Below are positions 1 to 13,760 of a DNA stretch of 64,000 nucleotides, piece by piece (the stretch's first letter is position 1; the number at the start of each line of letters is the position of its first letter). The DNA is taken from positions 280,178,001-280,242,000 of the forward strand of contig OZ024740.1 of NCBI GenBank assembly GCA_964016885.1, written 5' to 3'. Made by a program: the position numbers and the translations under genes. Below the pieces are notes generated by a model that searched no databases, had not been told where the DNA came from, and worked only from the letters and a program-made list of their open reading frames with translations. The DNA comes from Eledone cirrhosa (lineage: Eukaryota).

Positions 1-9
1 TTTATTCAA

Positions 10-107
10 CCCCAGTACATTACTGATGCTTTATTTTATCGACCCCGTAAGGATGAAAGGCAAAGCTAAATTTGGTAGTATTTGAATTCAGAACGTAAAG
101 GGACGTA
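10..107 (-). mobile_element. SINE family A fragment
   Basis: Reverse complement of the family A body (gcctttcatccttacggggtcgataaaataaag..cagtaatgtactggg), which is seen full-length at 10005-10200. Confidence 0.8.
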
Positions 108-409
108 TCTCTATGTGTAAACACACACACATTCTTCAGATAAAAAAAATTGTGGAGCGAAACATAATAAAATCTCGCAATACAATATAGGATGATGAAC
201 TTTTACTCTTGGTACACTTTATTGTGCGACATTAACGTTATGACATGCAATATATATATATACTGCAACTTTGCCCTTGATTTTTAAAAATCTCTCTCTA
301 TATATATATATTTATATATATATAAAAAAAATACATTAATATAGATAAAAATAAAATCATTTCAATCATATACCATAGACAGCTCAATACAAACATTTTT
401 TTACAGAGC

Positions 410-622
410 TTCATCATCATTATCATCATTGCCGTTTAACGTCAATTTTTCCACGCTAGCATTGGTTAGTTGAATTGTCCTGTTGTGAGACAAGTCAGAT
501 CAGGTGACCATGTCTTGCACATACTGGCATAATTTCTAGGGCTGAATGCCCCTCCTAACACCAACCACATATACAGTGAATACAGGGTGCTTTTTGTTGA
601 GATGCCTACATGACCACTTTAC
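410..622 (-). mobile_element. SINE family B / RTE-type 3' portion
   Basis: (CAT)n tail, gtttaacgtc..ttttccacgctagca, gatgccc.tcctaacaccaaccac and one 40 bp unit. Confidence 0.7.
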
Positions 623-928
623 CTAAATTATATTTAGGTATAATAATACATAGTATATTAAAAACCTAGCATTTAAAGGAAAAATATAATTGTAGTTACA
701 ACCTACCTGCAGTTTAATATGACCAAGAAAAATACCAATTAAACATAATTAAAATGGTTAATTAGTAAATTAAAACAGTCAGTACTCAGTAAGCAAGTCA
801 TAAAACATACTGAAAGCTTTTTCAAGAAAATTCACACACACACACACACACACTCACACACGCGCACACACACACACATGTGCGCGCACACACACACACA
901 CAGATATATATATATGAAAATCATCCCA

Positions 929-1310
929 ACTGTATGGATGTCTTCATTGTGAATATGGGAAAGCATAAACGAACTGAGAGAGAAACTAGGCACTAGAGAA
1001 ATGCAGTGTTCAGGAGAAGAGACTGCGTTGGTATAGACATGTGATGCATATGAAGGATAACAGACGTATAAAGAGATGCAGAGTGCTCAAAGTCGATGGA
1101 AGTATTGGAGTGGGGAGACCCAGGAAGACTTGGGATGAAGTGATAAAAGCTGACCTTGCTCAATTGCACCTCTCAAAGACAATGACATAGGACTGGGATC
1201 TCTGGCATTATGCAGTAATACAGAAGACCTACCTTCCCATGAGCACAGGCTGAAGCTGAAACATACATCTCTCATGAGGACAGGCTGTAGCATACATCTA
1301 GTAAAGCCAC
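929..1310 (+). mobile_element. RTE LINE 3' coding remnant
   Basis: Degenerate RRLRWY / GRPRKTW..I..DL region, homologous to 23084-23594. Confidence 0.8.
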
Positions 1311-2606
1311 CAGCCCACACTGTAAAGTGGTTGTGATGGTGGCACGACAAAAGCACCCAGCCCACACTGTAAAGTGGTTGTGATGGTGGCACGACAAAAG
1401 CACCTAGCCCACACTGTAAAATGGTTGTGATGGTGGAACGACAAAAAGCACCCAGCCCACACTGTAAAATGGTTGTGATGGTGGCACGACAAAAAGCACT
1501 CAGCCCACACTGTAAAGTGGTTGTGATGGTGGCACGACAAAAAGCACTCAGCCCACACTGTAAAGTGGTTGTGATGGTGGCACGACAAAAGCACACAGCC
1601 CACACTGTAAAGTGGTTGTGATGGTGACACCACAAAAAGCACTCAGCCCACACTGTAAAGTGGTTGTGATGGTGGCACGACAAAAGCACCCAGCCCACAC
1701 TGTAAAGTGGTTGTGATGGTGACACCACAAAAAGCACTCAGCCCACACTGTAAAGTGGTTGTGATGGTGGCACGACAAAATCACACAGCCCACACTGTAA
1801 AGTGGTTGTGATGGTGACATAACAAAAGCACCCAGCCCACACTATAAAGTGGTTGTGATGGTGGCACGACAAAAGCACCCAGCCCACACTGTAAAGTGGT
1901 TGTGATGGTGACATAACAAAAGCACCCAGCCCACACTATAAAGTGGTTGTGATGGTGGCACCACAAAAGCACACAGCCCACACTGTAAAATGGTTGTGAT
2001 GGTGGCACCACAAAAGCACTCAGCCCACACTGTAAAGTGGTTGTGATGGTGGCACGACAAAAGCACACAGCCCACACTGTAAAGTGGTTGTGATGGTGGC
2101 ACGACAAAAGCACACAGCCCACACTGTAAAGTGGTTGTGATGGTGACATAACAAAAGCACCCAGCCCACACTGTAAAGTGGTTGTGATGGTGGCACGACA
2201 AAAGCACCCAGCCCACACTGTAAAGTGGTTGTGATGGTGGCACGACAAAAGCACACAGCCCACACTGTAAAGTGGTTGTGATGGTGGAACCACAAAAGCA
2301 CCCAGCCCACACTGTAAAGTGGTTGTGATGGTAGCATGACAAAAGCACCCAGCCCACACTGTAAAGTGGTTGTGATGGTGGCACGACAAAAGCACACAGC
2401 CCACACTGTAAAGTGGTTGTGATGGTGACACCACAAAAAGCACTCAGCCCACACCGTAAAGTGGTTGTGATGGTGGCACGACAAAAGCACCCAGCCCACA
2501 CTGTAAAGTGGTTGTGATGGTGACACGACAAAAGCACCCAGCCCACACTGTAAAGTGGTTGTAGAGTGTGGGCTGACATGACAAAAAGCACCCAGCCCAC
2601 ACTGTA
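1311..2606. repeat. 39-40 bp minisatellite array 1
   Basis: Tandem units of cagcccacactgtaaagtggttgtgatggtggcacgacaaaagcacc. Confidence 0.95.
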
Positions 2607-2615
2607 CAACTATTT

Positions 2616-3059
2616 TACAGTGTGGGCTGAGTGCTTTTGTCGTGTCACCATCACAACCACTTTACAGTGTGGGCTGGAGGCTTTACTAGATGTATGCTAC
2701 AGCCTGTCCTCATGAGAGATGTATGTTTCAGCTTCAGCCTGTGCTCATGGGAAGGTAGGTCTTCTGTATTACTGCATAATGCCAGAGATCCCAGTCCTAT
2801 GTCATTGTCTTTGAGAGGTGCAATTGAGCAAGGTCAGTTTTATCACTTCATCCCAAGTCTTCCTGGGTCTCCCCACTCCAATACTTCCATCGACTTTGAG
2901 CCCTCTGCATCTTTTTATACGTCTGTTATCCTTCATATGCATCACATGTCTATACCAACGCAGTCTCTTCTCCTGAACACTGCATTTCTCTAGTGCCTAG
3001 TTTCTCTCTCAGTTCGTTTATGCTTTCCCATATTCACAATGAAGACAACCATACAGTTG
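2616..3059 (-). repeat. Inverted duplicate of about 929-1350
   Basis: Near-identical reverse complement with a few substitutions and one indel. Confidence 0.92.
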
Positions 3060-3250
3060 TCACGGCAAAAAACACCCAGCATACACTGTAAATGTGGTTG
3101 GCTTTAGGAAGGGCATCCAGCCGTAGAAACCAAACCAGAAACAGTTCTGTGTGAACAAGACATAGTCACTGGACCCAACTTGCCTCAGATGGGACAACCT
3201 GTCTAATCCGTGCTAGCGTGGAAAAATGGATGTTAAATGGTGATGATAAT
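3060..3250 (+). mobile_element. SINE B / RTE-type 3' terminus
   Basis: ttaggaagggcatccagccgtagaaac ... gcgtggaaaaatggatgttaaatggtgatgat tail. Confidence 0.8.
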
Positions 3251-4515
3251 GAATGAACAGACTAAGAAGGAAATATCTCAGATTTGAATAAATGTAAGTT
3301 TTTCAAAACTGTTTATGCATTTGATGCTGTAACAAAGTTCCTTTCATTATTATATTTCTAATAAAAGAAACCATCTATGATTTTCAGATAATTCTGAAAA
3401 TAATCAATAAATTGAAGAGATTTATCTATATAACTAACTTTCTCATTATTAAGCTGGTGTTTGGAACTTTATGATGAATGGTATTTAGATAAATATAAAC
3501 ACTTTAAAACTATCATAAAACTGTCCCCAGGTTAGCTAGGTAGGTCATTGTCAACACACATGCTGACCTTTTGACCCCACATATTTAGTTCCTTTGTTTG
3601 GGACTAGTGTTACCAGGTTGTTTAGCTGTCATCTGTAGATTGTCAGCAAATAATGCTATCCTCATAAAATCAGTCTGCCCTTGGCTGTCCAAGCAATCAG
3701 TACAGTTCATTTGTTCCAGTGACCAGAACAATACAATTGTCAACAGACACTCACTTTGGTCCTCTTGGCCAGTGGGCTGAGACAGATATATTCCCATTTG
3801 ACTTTAAGTAAGGTTAGCCCCATGTATCTTTTAAGACTATACCTTCATGCATACATATCACATCTGATTCATAACATCATCACACAATTCATCTATAGTT
3901 ATTTGTTCTTCGGGTATTGTTATAACTACAGCGAAAGTTATATTTAATAAAGTATTAGCATACAGGCTTTGTGTTATTCTGGTTTATATATTTCATTCCT
4001 TATGTGATCAGAGTATATCACTTACCAAAGGAATCATTACATCATCATCATCATCATCATAAGGAACACTGTTACTCACTTACTTACACACCCGCAATCT
4101 CTGGTCAAACTGTATCAGGCACATCAACCTTCCTTCGCCTACACTCTACACAATGGTGACCACATCACTGAGCAATCCACAAGTACACACAACAACTGAA
4201 TCAATACCACAACAACATTCATCTAACATTAGACATGCTATAAAATTAGGGGCAGTTTCAAGTGGTTTGATATCAAAAGTGTTAAAACACTACTCAAAAG
4301 TGAATGCCTAAGGAATGCATCATTTTTTAATTTTACAGAAATAGCGAAAGCTCAGTTTTTTTTTTTTTTTGTTGAAAGATATAATAATTATTTTATTTGT
4401 TTCACTTTGTTTTTACTTCAGTAAGTGAAGTTGAAAATCTTCATAATGATTTTCTAGATTATAAATTACAGCTAGATAAGACAATTCTCTATATTCTAGT
4501 TTTCTAAATGTGTAG

Positions 4516-5116
4516 ATGATGCAATTATTGGGATCAAAAGGTCTGAGAGTAATCTTAGCCAAAACTAAAGTGCTAGTGAGTAGGAGAGAAGATAGGACCC
4601 CAATTTCTTCAGGGAAATGGCCCTGCTCAATATCTAGAAAAGGAGTTGGCATAAACTCCATGGATGACTGTATGATACCTGTGTACAAAGTGCAATAATG
4701 CATGTAGTGAAACATGGGTTGGACTGCAGTGGACATGTGTAGATTGGAGAGAAATGAAGCAACCATGCTTCATTGGAAGTGCAATGTAAATGTGAGAGAA
4801 AGGCAGAGCTTGGATGAGCTGAGGGAAAAGAGGAATCCGAGATGGTGTGCAGGAGAGAAGACTGCATTGGTACGGACATGTGATGCACATGGATGATGAT
4901 CGCTGGGTGAAGAAGTGCCAGGAAATCCAAGTGTAAGGAAGCCACAGTTGAGGTAGGCTAAGAAAAACCTGGACAGAGGTAATGGGAACTGATCTCAAAT
5001 CGTTGAGACTCACACAGAAGATGATGAAGGAATGTGGCGAATGGAGAGATACTGTGCTGAGAAGGACCCGTTCAACCCATGCAAGCATGGAAAAACAGAC
5101 ATAAAAACGATGATGA
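4516..5116 (+). mobile_element. RTE LINE 3' fragment (degenerate, internally deleted)
   Basis: KGLRVILAKTKVLVS..GKWPC and RLERNEATML motifs; gcaagcatggaaaa..(GAT)n tail. Confidence 0.85.
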
Positions 5117-5259
5117 TATATATATATATATACACACAGACACAAACACACACACATCTATATGAACCATTCTCACCATCACTATATGCCCTGCTATTTC
5201 TCAGTCACACCAGCCTATTAAATCCCACCAATATCATATCAAGACATTGGAAAGATTCC

Positions 5260-6052
5260 ACTAAAAATGCCTAGGGTATATTTTGAACATAAAGTGGCAG
5301 TCATTTACACTTGACGCCATTGTTCTGCAGCAGGCCAATACATCCAGCTAAGAAAAACTGGTCATTTGAAGCCAACTGCGTTGGGCAGGACATTTACTAC
5401 GGCGGATGGGAGATGAGAGGTTGCCTAAGTGAATTTGGTATAGAGAGTTAACTCTGGGTAAACAACCCAGACACAAATCCAAGAAACATTTCAGGGATGT
5501 TGTCAAAGTAACCTGAAGACACTTGGTATTAGTGTTGAGGATTGGGAAGATGTGGCAGAGAGTAGATCTGGTTGGAGACATCTGGGTTTTTATATTTGCA
5601 ATCGCTTTGATTTTAAATGGAATGAATATTCAGTGTTTAAAAGTGCACTTAAGAAAAGTTATGTAGACACAATCCCAGAGGATATCTGATCAAAGCATGT
5701 CTCTGACATCTGCGGAAAGGTTGTTCTTTCTTGTACTGGGTTTGTTAGTCATCTAAGGGTTCACAGCAATCAGCAGTCTGGGGTTGATAATGTTGGTGTC
5801 TTCCCTGAAAGGCCTGCAGGGTATTTGTGTAAGTTTCGCAACAATGCCTGTAGGTCTGCTGCTGGACTCAAGCAACACATGAGAGTACATGAGGAGGAAT
5901 TTATGTTCAGGACTGTCCAAAAGCCTTGTGTGTTAACTCTGTTAAACAATATACAGGAGCTAGGCAGGTTTGCGGAGTAATTTGAAGGCCTACGGCTGTT
6001 CAGCACAATGTTGAAGAGATAGCCCTCTTCTGAAAGAAATGGCAGTTATCAT
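5260..6052 (+). mobile_element. RTE LINE 3' fragment with C-terminal C2H2-like zinc fingers
   Basis: QLRWAGHL.RM.D.RLPK motif; CxxC..GLKQHMRVH-like ends; stop-ridden. Confidence 0.7.
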
Positions 6053-6057
6053 ATATC

Positions 6058-6387
6058 ATTTCATTTTACGTCCGCTTTTTCTCTGCTTGCAAGGGTGGGA
6101 CAGGAACTGATTTTGGCTTGATTTCTACAGCTGGATGCCCTTCCTAACACCAACCTCATTTACAGTGAGTGCTGGGTGCTTTTTTGCCGTGGCACCTCCA
6201 CGACCACTTTGCACTGGAATGATATGGACCCCAGTCCCTATCATCTCATTTCTACAGCTGAGTAAACTGGAGCAATGTGAAATAAAGTGTCTTGCTCAAG
6301 GAAACAACACATCACGCGGTCTGAGAATTGAACTCACAACCTTTCGATTGCAAGGCCAATGCTCTAACCACTAAGCCATGTGCCTCC
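6058..6387 (-). mobile_element. tRNA-derived SINE family B, full length
   Basis: Head with A box (tggcttagtgg) and B box, CORE-like ccttgagcaagacactt, RTE-like 3' tail. Confidence 0.9.
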
Positions 6388-6831
6388 ATAGATATATATA
6401 TATATATACTTCAAAGCAGTAACATATATTATACAAAAATTCATAATTTGTAATATATACAAAAATTCATAATTATTTTCTGTCAAAAAGGTTCTTTATG
6501 TATACAATGAACCAAGTGTCTCTTTAATGGAGTTTATGGGAGTATCTAATTCATGAGTAAATATTTACATGGTATTGTTGCTGTCAGGATCAGATTAAAG
6601 CAACCAGGGGCCCAGAGCAAGAAACGTGTGTGTTGGTTCTCTGTTGGATCAACATGACATAGTATGTAATTCATTTTTCCAGCTGAGTGAACTGGAGCAA
6701 TGGGAAAAGAGTATTCTGGAAAGTACATGTGTGCGTGTGTGTGTGTATATATATATATATCACCATCATCATCATCATCGTTGTTTAACATCCATTTTCT
6801 ATGCTAACATGGGTTAGATGGATATATATAT

Positions 6832-6832
<1 letters not shown>

Positions 6833-6863
<31 letters not shown>

Positions 6864-9760
6864 TTTACGTCCGCTTTTCCCTGCTTGCAAGGGTTGGATG
6901 GGTCCTATTCAGCACAGCATCTCTTCACTTGTCACGGTCCTTCGTCAACTCCTTCGTCAACTTCAGCGATCTGAGGTCTGCTCTCACCACCTCCGCCATG
7001 TTTTTCATGGTCTTCCTCTACTGCGTCTTCCTTCTACTGGGATTTCTTGGCACTTCTTTATCCAGCGGTCTTCCTCCATGCACATCACATGTCCATACTA
7101 TCTCAGCCTTCTCTCCTGCACACCACAACTTATCCCTCTTATACCCAGTTTCTTTCTCAACTCGTCTATGTTTGGTCATTCATGCACATTGGCATTGCAC
7201 ATCCAACGGAGCATACTTGCTTCATTTCTCTCCAGCCGTCGCATATCTTCTGCAGTTGCTGCCCATGTCTTACTACCATGCATCATCGCACATCTCACAC
7301 AGGCGTCACATAACTGTCCTTTTGTACACAGGGAGAAACCCTTTTTTGTCAACAGAGGAAGCAGCTCCCTAAACTTCTTCCAACCCATCCTTATTCTAGA
7401 TACTATGGCCTCGGAACACCCCCTCCCATGCTAATCTGATCCCCTAGGTACCGGAAGCTATAGAACTCACCTGCATTGGAAAAATGTGTCTATCACTGTG
7501 ATTACTACTGCCAACTTTCCCTGTACATCTACTGCATACGTAGTTTTCCCTACCTGTTAGTTTGCCTGCTATCCCACTACATATCTTGTGTACCCAAGAT
7601 CTGCATTGCATACATTTTATGGAATTTATGCCAGTTCCTTTCCTACATATCAAACATGGCCATTTCCCCGATGGAATCAGAGTATTGTCATCTCTTCTAC
7701 TTATCAACACTTTTGTTTTAGCTATGTTCACTCTCAGGCCTCTTGATTCCAACTGCTGTTTCCATAGCCAGAATTTATTCTTTAGCTCCTCTACTGATTC
7801 TGCTATAAGAAACAGATCATCTGCATAGAGAAGTTCCCATGGGCAGCCAGTCTTAAACTCCTCTGTTATGGCTTGGAGGACTATAATGAACAAGAGCAGG
7901 CTGAGGACCGAACCCTGATGTACACCTACTTGTATCTGGAATTCCTCACTAAACTCCATTCCTATTCTCACTTTACTGACAGCACCCCTGTACATAGCTT
8001 GCACTGCCCTCACAAGCCATTCCTCTATACCTAGTTTCCTTAGGGACCACCAGATGACAGATTGGGGTACCCTATCAAAGGCATTCTCTAGGTCAACAAA
8101 AGCTAAGTATAGTGGCTTATTCTTCTCTAAGAACCTCTTTTGTAGTTGCCTCACTAAGAAGAGGGCATCTGTTGTACTTTTCCGAGGCACAAAAACCAAG
8201 CTGCATCTCATATAATTTGACCCTTTCTCTAATTAGTTGCACTAATATTCTCTCTGCCACTTTCTTAACCTGATCCATCAGCTTTATGCCCCTATAATTG
8301 CTCCTCTCTAGAGCATCCCCTTTACCTTTGTATCAATTTATGAGAATACTGCTGCACCAGTCTTTGGGTATGACACCACCATATATAGCTTGATTAATGA
8401 TGCATGCAACTAGTTTAGTGCCTACTTCAGCATCTCAGCAACTATCCCCGACGGTCAGCAGCCTTACCATTCTTCATTTCCTTAATTGCCTCTTGTACCC
8501 TATATTCGTCAATCTCAATAGCTGGTCCCTCTGTCGGATCTACTGGGGGTAATTTCTTTCTGTCCCATTCGTTCTCCATATTCATCAGTCTCTCATAATG
8601 ACATTTCCAGGCCTCCTTTTTTTGATCATTCGTGACACTAAGTACACTGGCATCATTCCGAGCACACTTATCTCCAACAACATCCTGATTTGCACTGACA
8701 CACTGCCTTGCAATGCGGAACACCGCACGTCTCTGATCTTTCCGTGGCAAACATTGGCAAATCTCCTACTCTTAGCCTCCCTGCATGATAAGTACACCTG
8801 ATGTCTAGCTTCTCTCTTAGCGGCTGTGTATCGTTCTCTACTCCCACCGTTTTTCCAAGCCTTCCATGCCAGTCTTTTGTCTCTAATGGCACTATCTACC
8901 ATGCTGTTCCACCACCAGGTCACTCTCTGTCTGGTTGAAGCTCTGCCCCAACCACAAGTTTCTTCAGTAGCCTGCAGTAAGTTGTCACGCAAGAAATTCC
9001 AGTTATCATCTATGTCAGGGGTCCCCAACCTTTTGGGTCTGCGGGCCAGCTAGCCATGCAACGGTGGCTCTGCGGGCTGGATGCACAATTAATACTACTT
9101 ATATACAAATAAGTAATCATTTATTTATCCCTTATGTTAGATTTGAAGCAAAATTCATTATTGATACTTAGAGCTGTCCCAAGCAGAAAAATACATTTAA
9201 ACATTGTTTTATTCGACAATATCGATAGATTGGGCGCAAATTTATTGCAAACTGTACCCTTTTTAGAACACTCGCGGGCAGGATAAAAGCCTTCGCGGGC
9301 AGGATGTGGCCTGTGGGCTGGGGGTTGGGGACCCCTGATCTATGTCATACAACTGTAAGTCGTCTTCTTTTTCGTCATACACATCTTGAAGGGCTTTGCT
9401 AAATTTATATTTTAATGAAAGGTCTTTTAGCTCCCAGACCTTTCTTTTCCACACCTTCCTGTATGTCTCATTCTTTCTCTTGCCTACTGAGATGTCACTA
9501 ACGACTAACCTATGCTGTGGGGTATGCCTTAGTATTCCACCGGGTATGCCTTAGTATTTGATACCATCTGTCTGTCTCGCTGTCTAACTAGCAGGAAGTC
9601 AATCTGGCTTATGTGCTCGCCTGATTTGTAGGTTATTAGGTGGTTGGTAGGCTTCTGGAAGTTAGTGCATTTGTATCACAAAATTCAAGAAGCCTCACTC
9701 CTTCTTCATTTCTTGAGCCGTAACCGTGCCCACCATGTACCCCAGTGTAACCCATGACAT
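6833..9760 (-). mobile_element. RTE LINE, 5'-truncated (endonuclease C-terminus, RT, 3' tail), frameshifted
   Basis: ORF 7444-8211 has LAFVDLENAFDRVP, GVHQGSVLS and LLYADD; WWWN linker; (TGA)n tail. Confidence 0.95.
9016..9337. mobile_element. hAT (Charlie-like) MITE nested in the RTE
   Basis: TIR caggggtccccaacc / ggttggggacccctg; perfect 8 bp TSD atctatgt at 9008-9015 and 9338-9345. Confidence 0.95.
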
Positions 9761-9819
9761 TATGATTGAAAGGCCAACACCCTTACCACTAGGTCACGCC
9801 TCCACTATTGCTAGGGCAT

Positions 9820-10590
9820 TTAGAGGGTCGGACGCCTTGCTTTGATGCAAAGAGTTCCGTCCCTTTACGATCTGAGTTCAAATCCCGCCGAGGTTAACTT
9901 TGCCTTTCATCCTTACGGGGTCGATAAAATAAAGTACCAGTAATGTACTGGGATAATTGCTGGCCTGGTGCTAAAAGTAGAAACAATTATTATTATTGAT
10001 AACAGGGCGGTGAATTGGCAGTATCGGTAGAGGGTTGGACGCCATGCTTTCCAGCATAGTTACGTCCCTTTACAGTCTGAGTTAAAATCCCGCCGAGGTT
10101 AACTTTGCCTTTCATCCTTACGGGGTCGATAAAATAAAGTACCAGTAATGTACTGAGTTATTGCTGGCCTTGTGCCAAAAGTAGAAACAATTATTATTAA
10201 GTATCGGTAGAGGGTCGGGCGGCATGCTTTGAAGCATAGAGTTACCTCCCTTTACGATCTGAGTTCAAATCCCGCCGAGGTTAACTTTGTCTTTCATCCT
10301 TACGGAGTCGATAAAATAAAGTACCAGTAATGCACTGGGATAATTGCTGGCCTGGTGCTAAAAGTAGAAACAATTATTATTATTGATAACAGGGCGGTGA
10401 ATTGGCAGTATCGGTAGAGGGTTGGACGCCATGCTTTCCAGCATAGTTACGTCCCTTTACAGTCTGAGTTCAAATCCCGCCGAGGTTAACTTTGCCTTTC
10501 ATCCTTACGGGGTCGAAAAAATAAAGTACCAGTAATGTACTGGGTATTTGCTGGCCTTGTGCCTAAGTAGAAACAATTATTATTATTGAT
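9820..10590 (+). mobile_element. Tandem array of four SINE family A copies
   Basis: About 190 bp units with B box gagttcaaatcc, a conserved central domain and an (ATT)n tail. Confidence 0.92.
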
Positions 10591-10919
10591 AACTTTCATT
10601 TGTAAAATTAAAAATAGTACATTCTATAAAGTGTGCCCACTGTAAAATGGTTCTTTTGGTGTCTCAATGAAATGCACTCAGTATACTCTTTGGTTGATGT
10701 TAAGAAAAATTCAGCTATAGAAACCATGTGAAATATGGAACGTATGGGCCAGACGGGGTTTTTCGACAGCCTAGTCTGTTACAAAACAGGAGGAGCCGTT
10801 TGTAAACCCCATTTAGTGAAAAGAGGTACAGAGCTAAAAAGGTTCAGAAACACTGATGCATAAGGGAGAAAACTCCATACTTCAGACTCTTAAAAGCGAT
10901 ACGAATTGTCTCCCTTAGC

Positions 10920-11919
10920 CATAGATATGTATGTGTGTGTGTCTTTGTATTACCTATAGGGGTCTACATCTTACGACCAATTTTCATGAGACTTTACAGG
11001 CTCATAGATTAGTCATCGGGGAGTATTTTCTATATATCAGCGTATCGTTTTTTTAAAAATTCCGGGGTCATTCTGCAGATAAAAATCCATAGGGGGAGGG
11101 GGGGGGGCACTTTTTTTAGGTATCGAAAAATAAGATTTTTGGCTCTAGTTCCCACATTTTGCCACCGATTTCGTTCAACTTTTAAAGCAAAATAGAATTT
11201 ATCATTTCACATCCTGTAATGGCTTTATATTTTGCAATTGTTGTTCAGGGACGGCGTGGCAGCCGCTTAAATATTAAAAAATATCACTGTTAGACTCAAA
11301 TTTCCACTTTTTCGGCTCTAGCTCCCACATTAATCAACCTACTTTGTTCAAATTTTACGCTACGCTAGATCTGATTATTTCACGTCTTAAAGTGGCTTTA
11401 CAATTTGGATTTTTTGTTCAGGAACGGCGTGGCAGCCGCTTAAATATTCGAAAATACCACCCTTTCGCTCAAATTTCCGCCTTTTCGACTCTAGCTCCCA
11501 CATTTTTCAACCGATTTCGTTCAAATTCGAAACTTCGGCTCCACTTCACACATAAATCAATTTATTTGGTTCAACTTTTATACTACGATAGAACTTATCA
11601 TTGCACATCTTATAGATGGTCAAAGGCAAAACGATGACCACTGACGTCGTCTGAGCTTTTAGTTGTGTATTTGAGAATTCATCGGTTTCCAAGCGTGAGG
11701 AAATTTGGCTTAGTGTTAGAGGTCATTACCTCCCTCCCCCAGCATGCCTCTTCGTCAGTCACCCGCGTTTCTCAGTGATAAAGGTCATCACCACCCTCCC
11801 CCGCATGGCCTGTGTGTGGCCATAGATGAGTCATCGAGAAGCAGTCGCTAAGATCAACACCTTTTCATCAAAGCAGATATTATTTTACCTACCCAGGCAA
11901 TGCTGGATACTGCTGCTAG
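10920..11919 (+). mobile_element. Non-autonomous Helitron-like element
   Basis: Internal subrepeats (ctctagYtcccacatt x3, acggcgtggcagccgcttaaatatt x2); 3' hairpin cccaggcaatgctgg followed by CTAG|T. The 5' boundary is approximate. Confidence 0.65.
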
Positions 11920-12984
11920 TATATATATACAGTATATATTATATATGCTTCTTTCAACAGGATTCACCACAAGATAAATTTTACAAGAAACATTAAAAAG
12001 CTAGCCATAAGCCCCACCCAGCCGTGACTTTGTAATTTTTGTTGTTGTATATTTTCTATATGCGTCTACAATGGTGACGTTATAGACAAATTGATATAAA
12101 TCGCATAAAAATATATAAACAATACCGTTATTTCATGAACTCCTAGTACATATCATTTCACTTCAGGTTTGACTGTGCAAACGGGAGAAACAATACTCAA
12201 CACTTGAGTAGAGTGATGTGTATTTTATTATAGCCACAAAGCTATACGTGAATCTTGGGTGGTTGGTGGTTGAACAGGAGTTTCATACTTAAGTGTACTC
12301 TTCATTTCACTTCATGTTTGCCAACAATGTATGCAGAACAGGCTTTACCAGCACAATCTCTATTTTACCCTCTAAAAATATCTAGCTAAATATCTGTGTA
12401 AGAAATCATTAACTTTTAAGGTGAGAGGTTTATTCATGATAATAAATAAGCAGTGTTCAGATACTAGTATCATTTACCACCAGAATATGATGAAGGGATT
12501 TTCTTAATGTAAGAAATGGGTGTCTGGCAGGAATTGCTGCAATTAAACACAAATAGAATGTTAAATGCAAATATAGGAAGAAGTGAATATGTTTCCTTTC
12601 TTTTTTTTTTTTACTGTTTAGTTAGTGATGGAAGTGCAATGCCCACAACTCTTTTCAGGGCCTCTGAGACTGGTAAGAAGAATGGAGGAAGGTATTTTCA
12701 AATTGGAGGCATGGCTCAATTCTATGCTTCACAGCAAATTCTATTAAAGGAACTTAAGGGCTAGAGGTTAGTGTTAAAAAGGGTGATGGATTATGTCTGA
12801 CACAAGTAGGTTACAGTGAGATTTGAACTCTGATTGCAAAGAGCTGGAAGAAATACTGTCATCTGACACTTTCACAATTCTAGCAATCCATCAGACTGGG
12901 CTGGTACTTTATTATGTCAACTCCCAAAGGTTGAAAGATAAAGTTGACATTACCAGGATTTGGACTCAGAGCACAGAATACTGA

Positions 12985-13280
12985 TCCTTCCTTGCTGAAG
13001 TTACTGCAGCATTAGATGTAGTTAAGACTGATTCATATGTCCTAATGGGAAACTTCAATGCACATGTTGGCACTGACCATGTGACATGGGTAGGAGTGAT
13101 AGGAATGGAGATGCTTTATTAGACTTCTGTTCTAATAATGGACTCTCTATTATGAACACCTTCTTCCAGCAAAATATATCCATAAATACACATGGTATAA
13201 GGTTGGTGGACACTATTACATTCAAATTCAGAGCCAAAACAGAGTCAGTAAAGGCATCCAAATTCAAAATATAGGAGAAC
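12985..13280 (+). mobile_element. RTE endonuclease remnant
   Basis: LMGNFNAHVG, NGDALLDFCSNNGLSIMNTFFQ. Confidence 0.75.
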
Positions 13281-13439
13281 TTTAGGGTTATGCTGGAATT
13301 TGACTTCAGATTAGTAAAAAGTTATTCTAGCAGATCATCTGGCGACTTCGTAATAAGAAGCCTTCCTCTGTGTTTGCTATCAGAAACACATCTTGGGTTC
13401 TCTTCAGAGAGTGCATCCTCACAATGTGGAGGACTACTT

Positions 13440-13733
13440 TCATTTCATTTTATGTCCGCTTTTTCCCTGCTTGCAAGGGTGGGACGGGAACTGATTCTGG
13501 CTTGATTTCTACAGCTGGATGCCCTTCCTAACACCAACCTCATTTACAGTGAGTGCTGGGTGCTTTTTTTGCCGTGGCACCTCCACGACCACTTTGCAGT
13601 TGATATGGACCCCAGTCCCTATCATCTCATTTCTATAGCTGAGTAAACTGGAGCAATGTGAAATAAAGTGTCTTGCTCAAGGAAACAACACATCACCTGG
13701 TCTGAGAATTGAACTCACAACCTTTCGATTGCA
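13440..13733 (-). mobile_element. SINE family B (head truncated)
   Basis: Near-identical to 6058-6350. Confidence 0.9.
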
Positions 13734-13760
13734 ACAACAACTTCTGATAAGCATGATGTA

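Noticed and set aside
700-812. Minus-strand exon bounded by tttcag and gtaggt
   Set aside because: Stops in all three frames.
3585-3797. Short ORF with an LFADN motif
   Set aside because: Too short and degenerate to assign to an RT or a gene.
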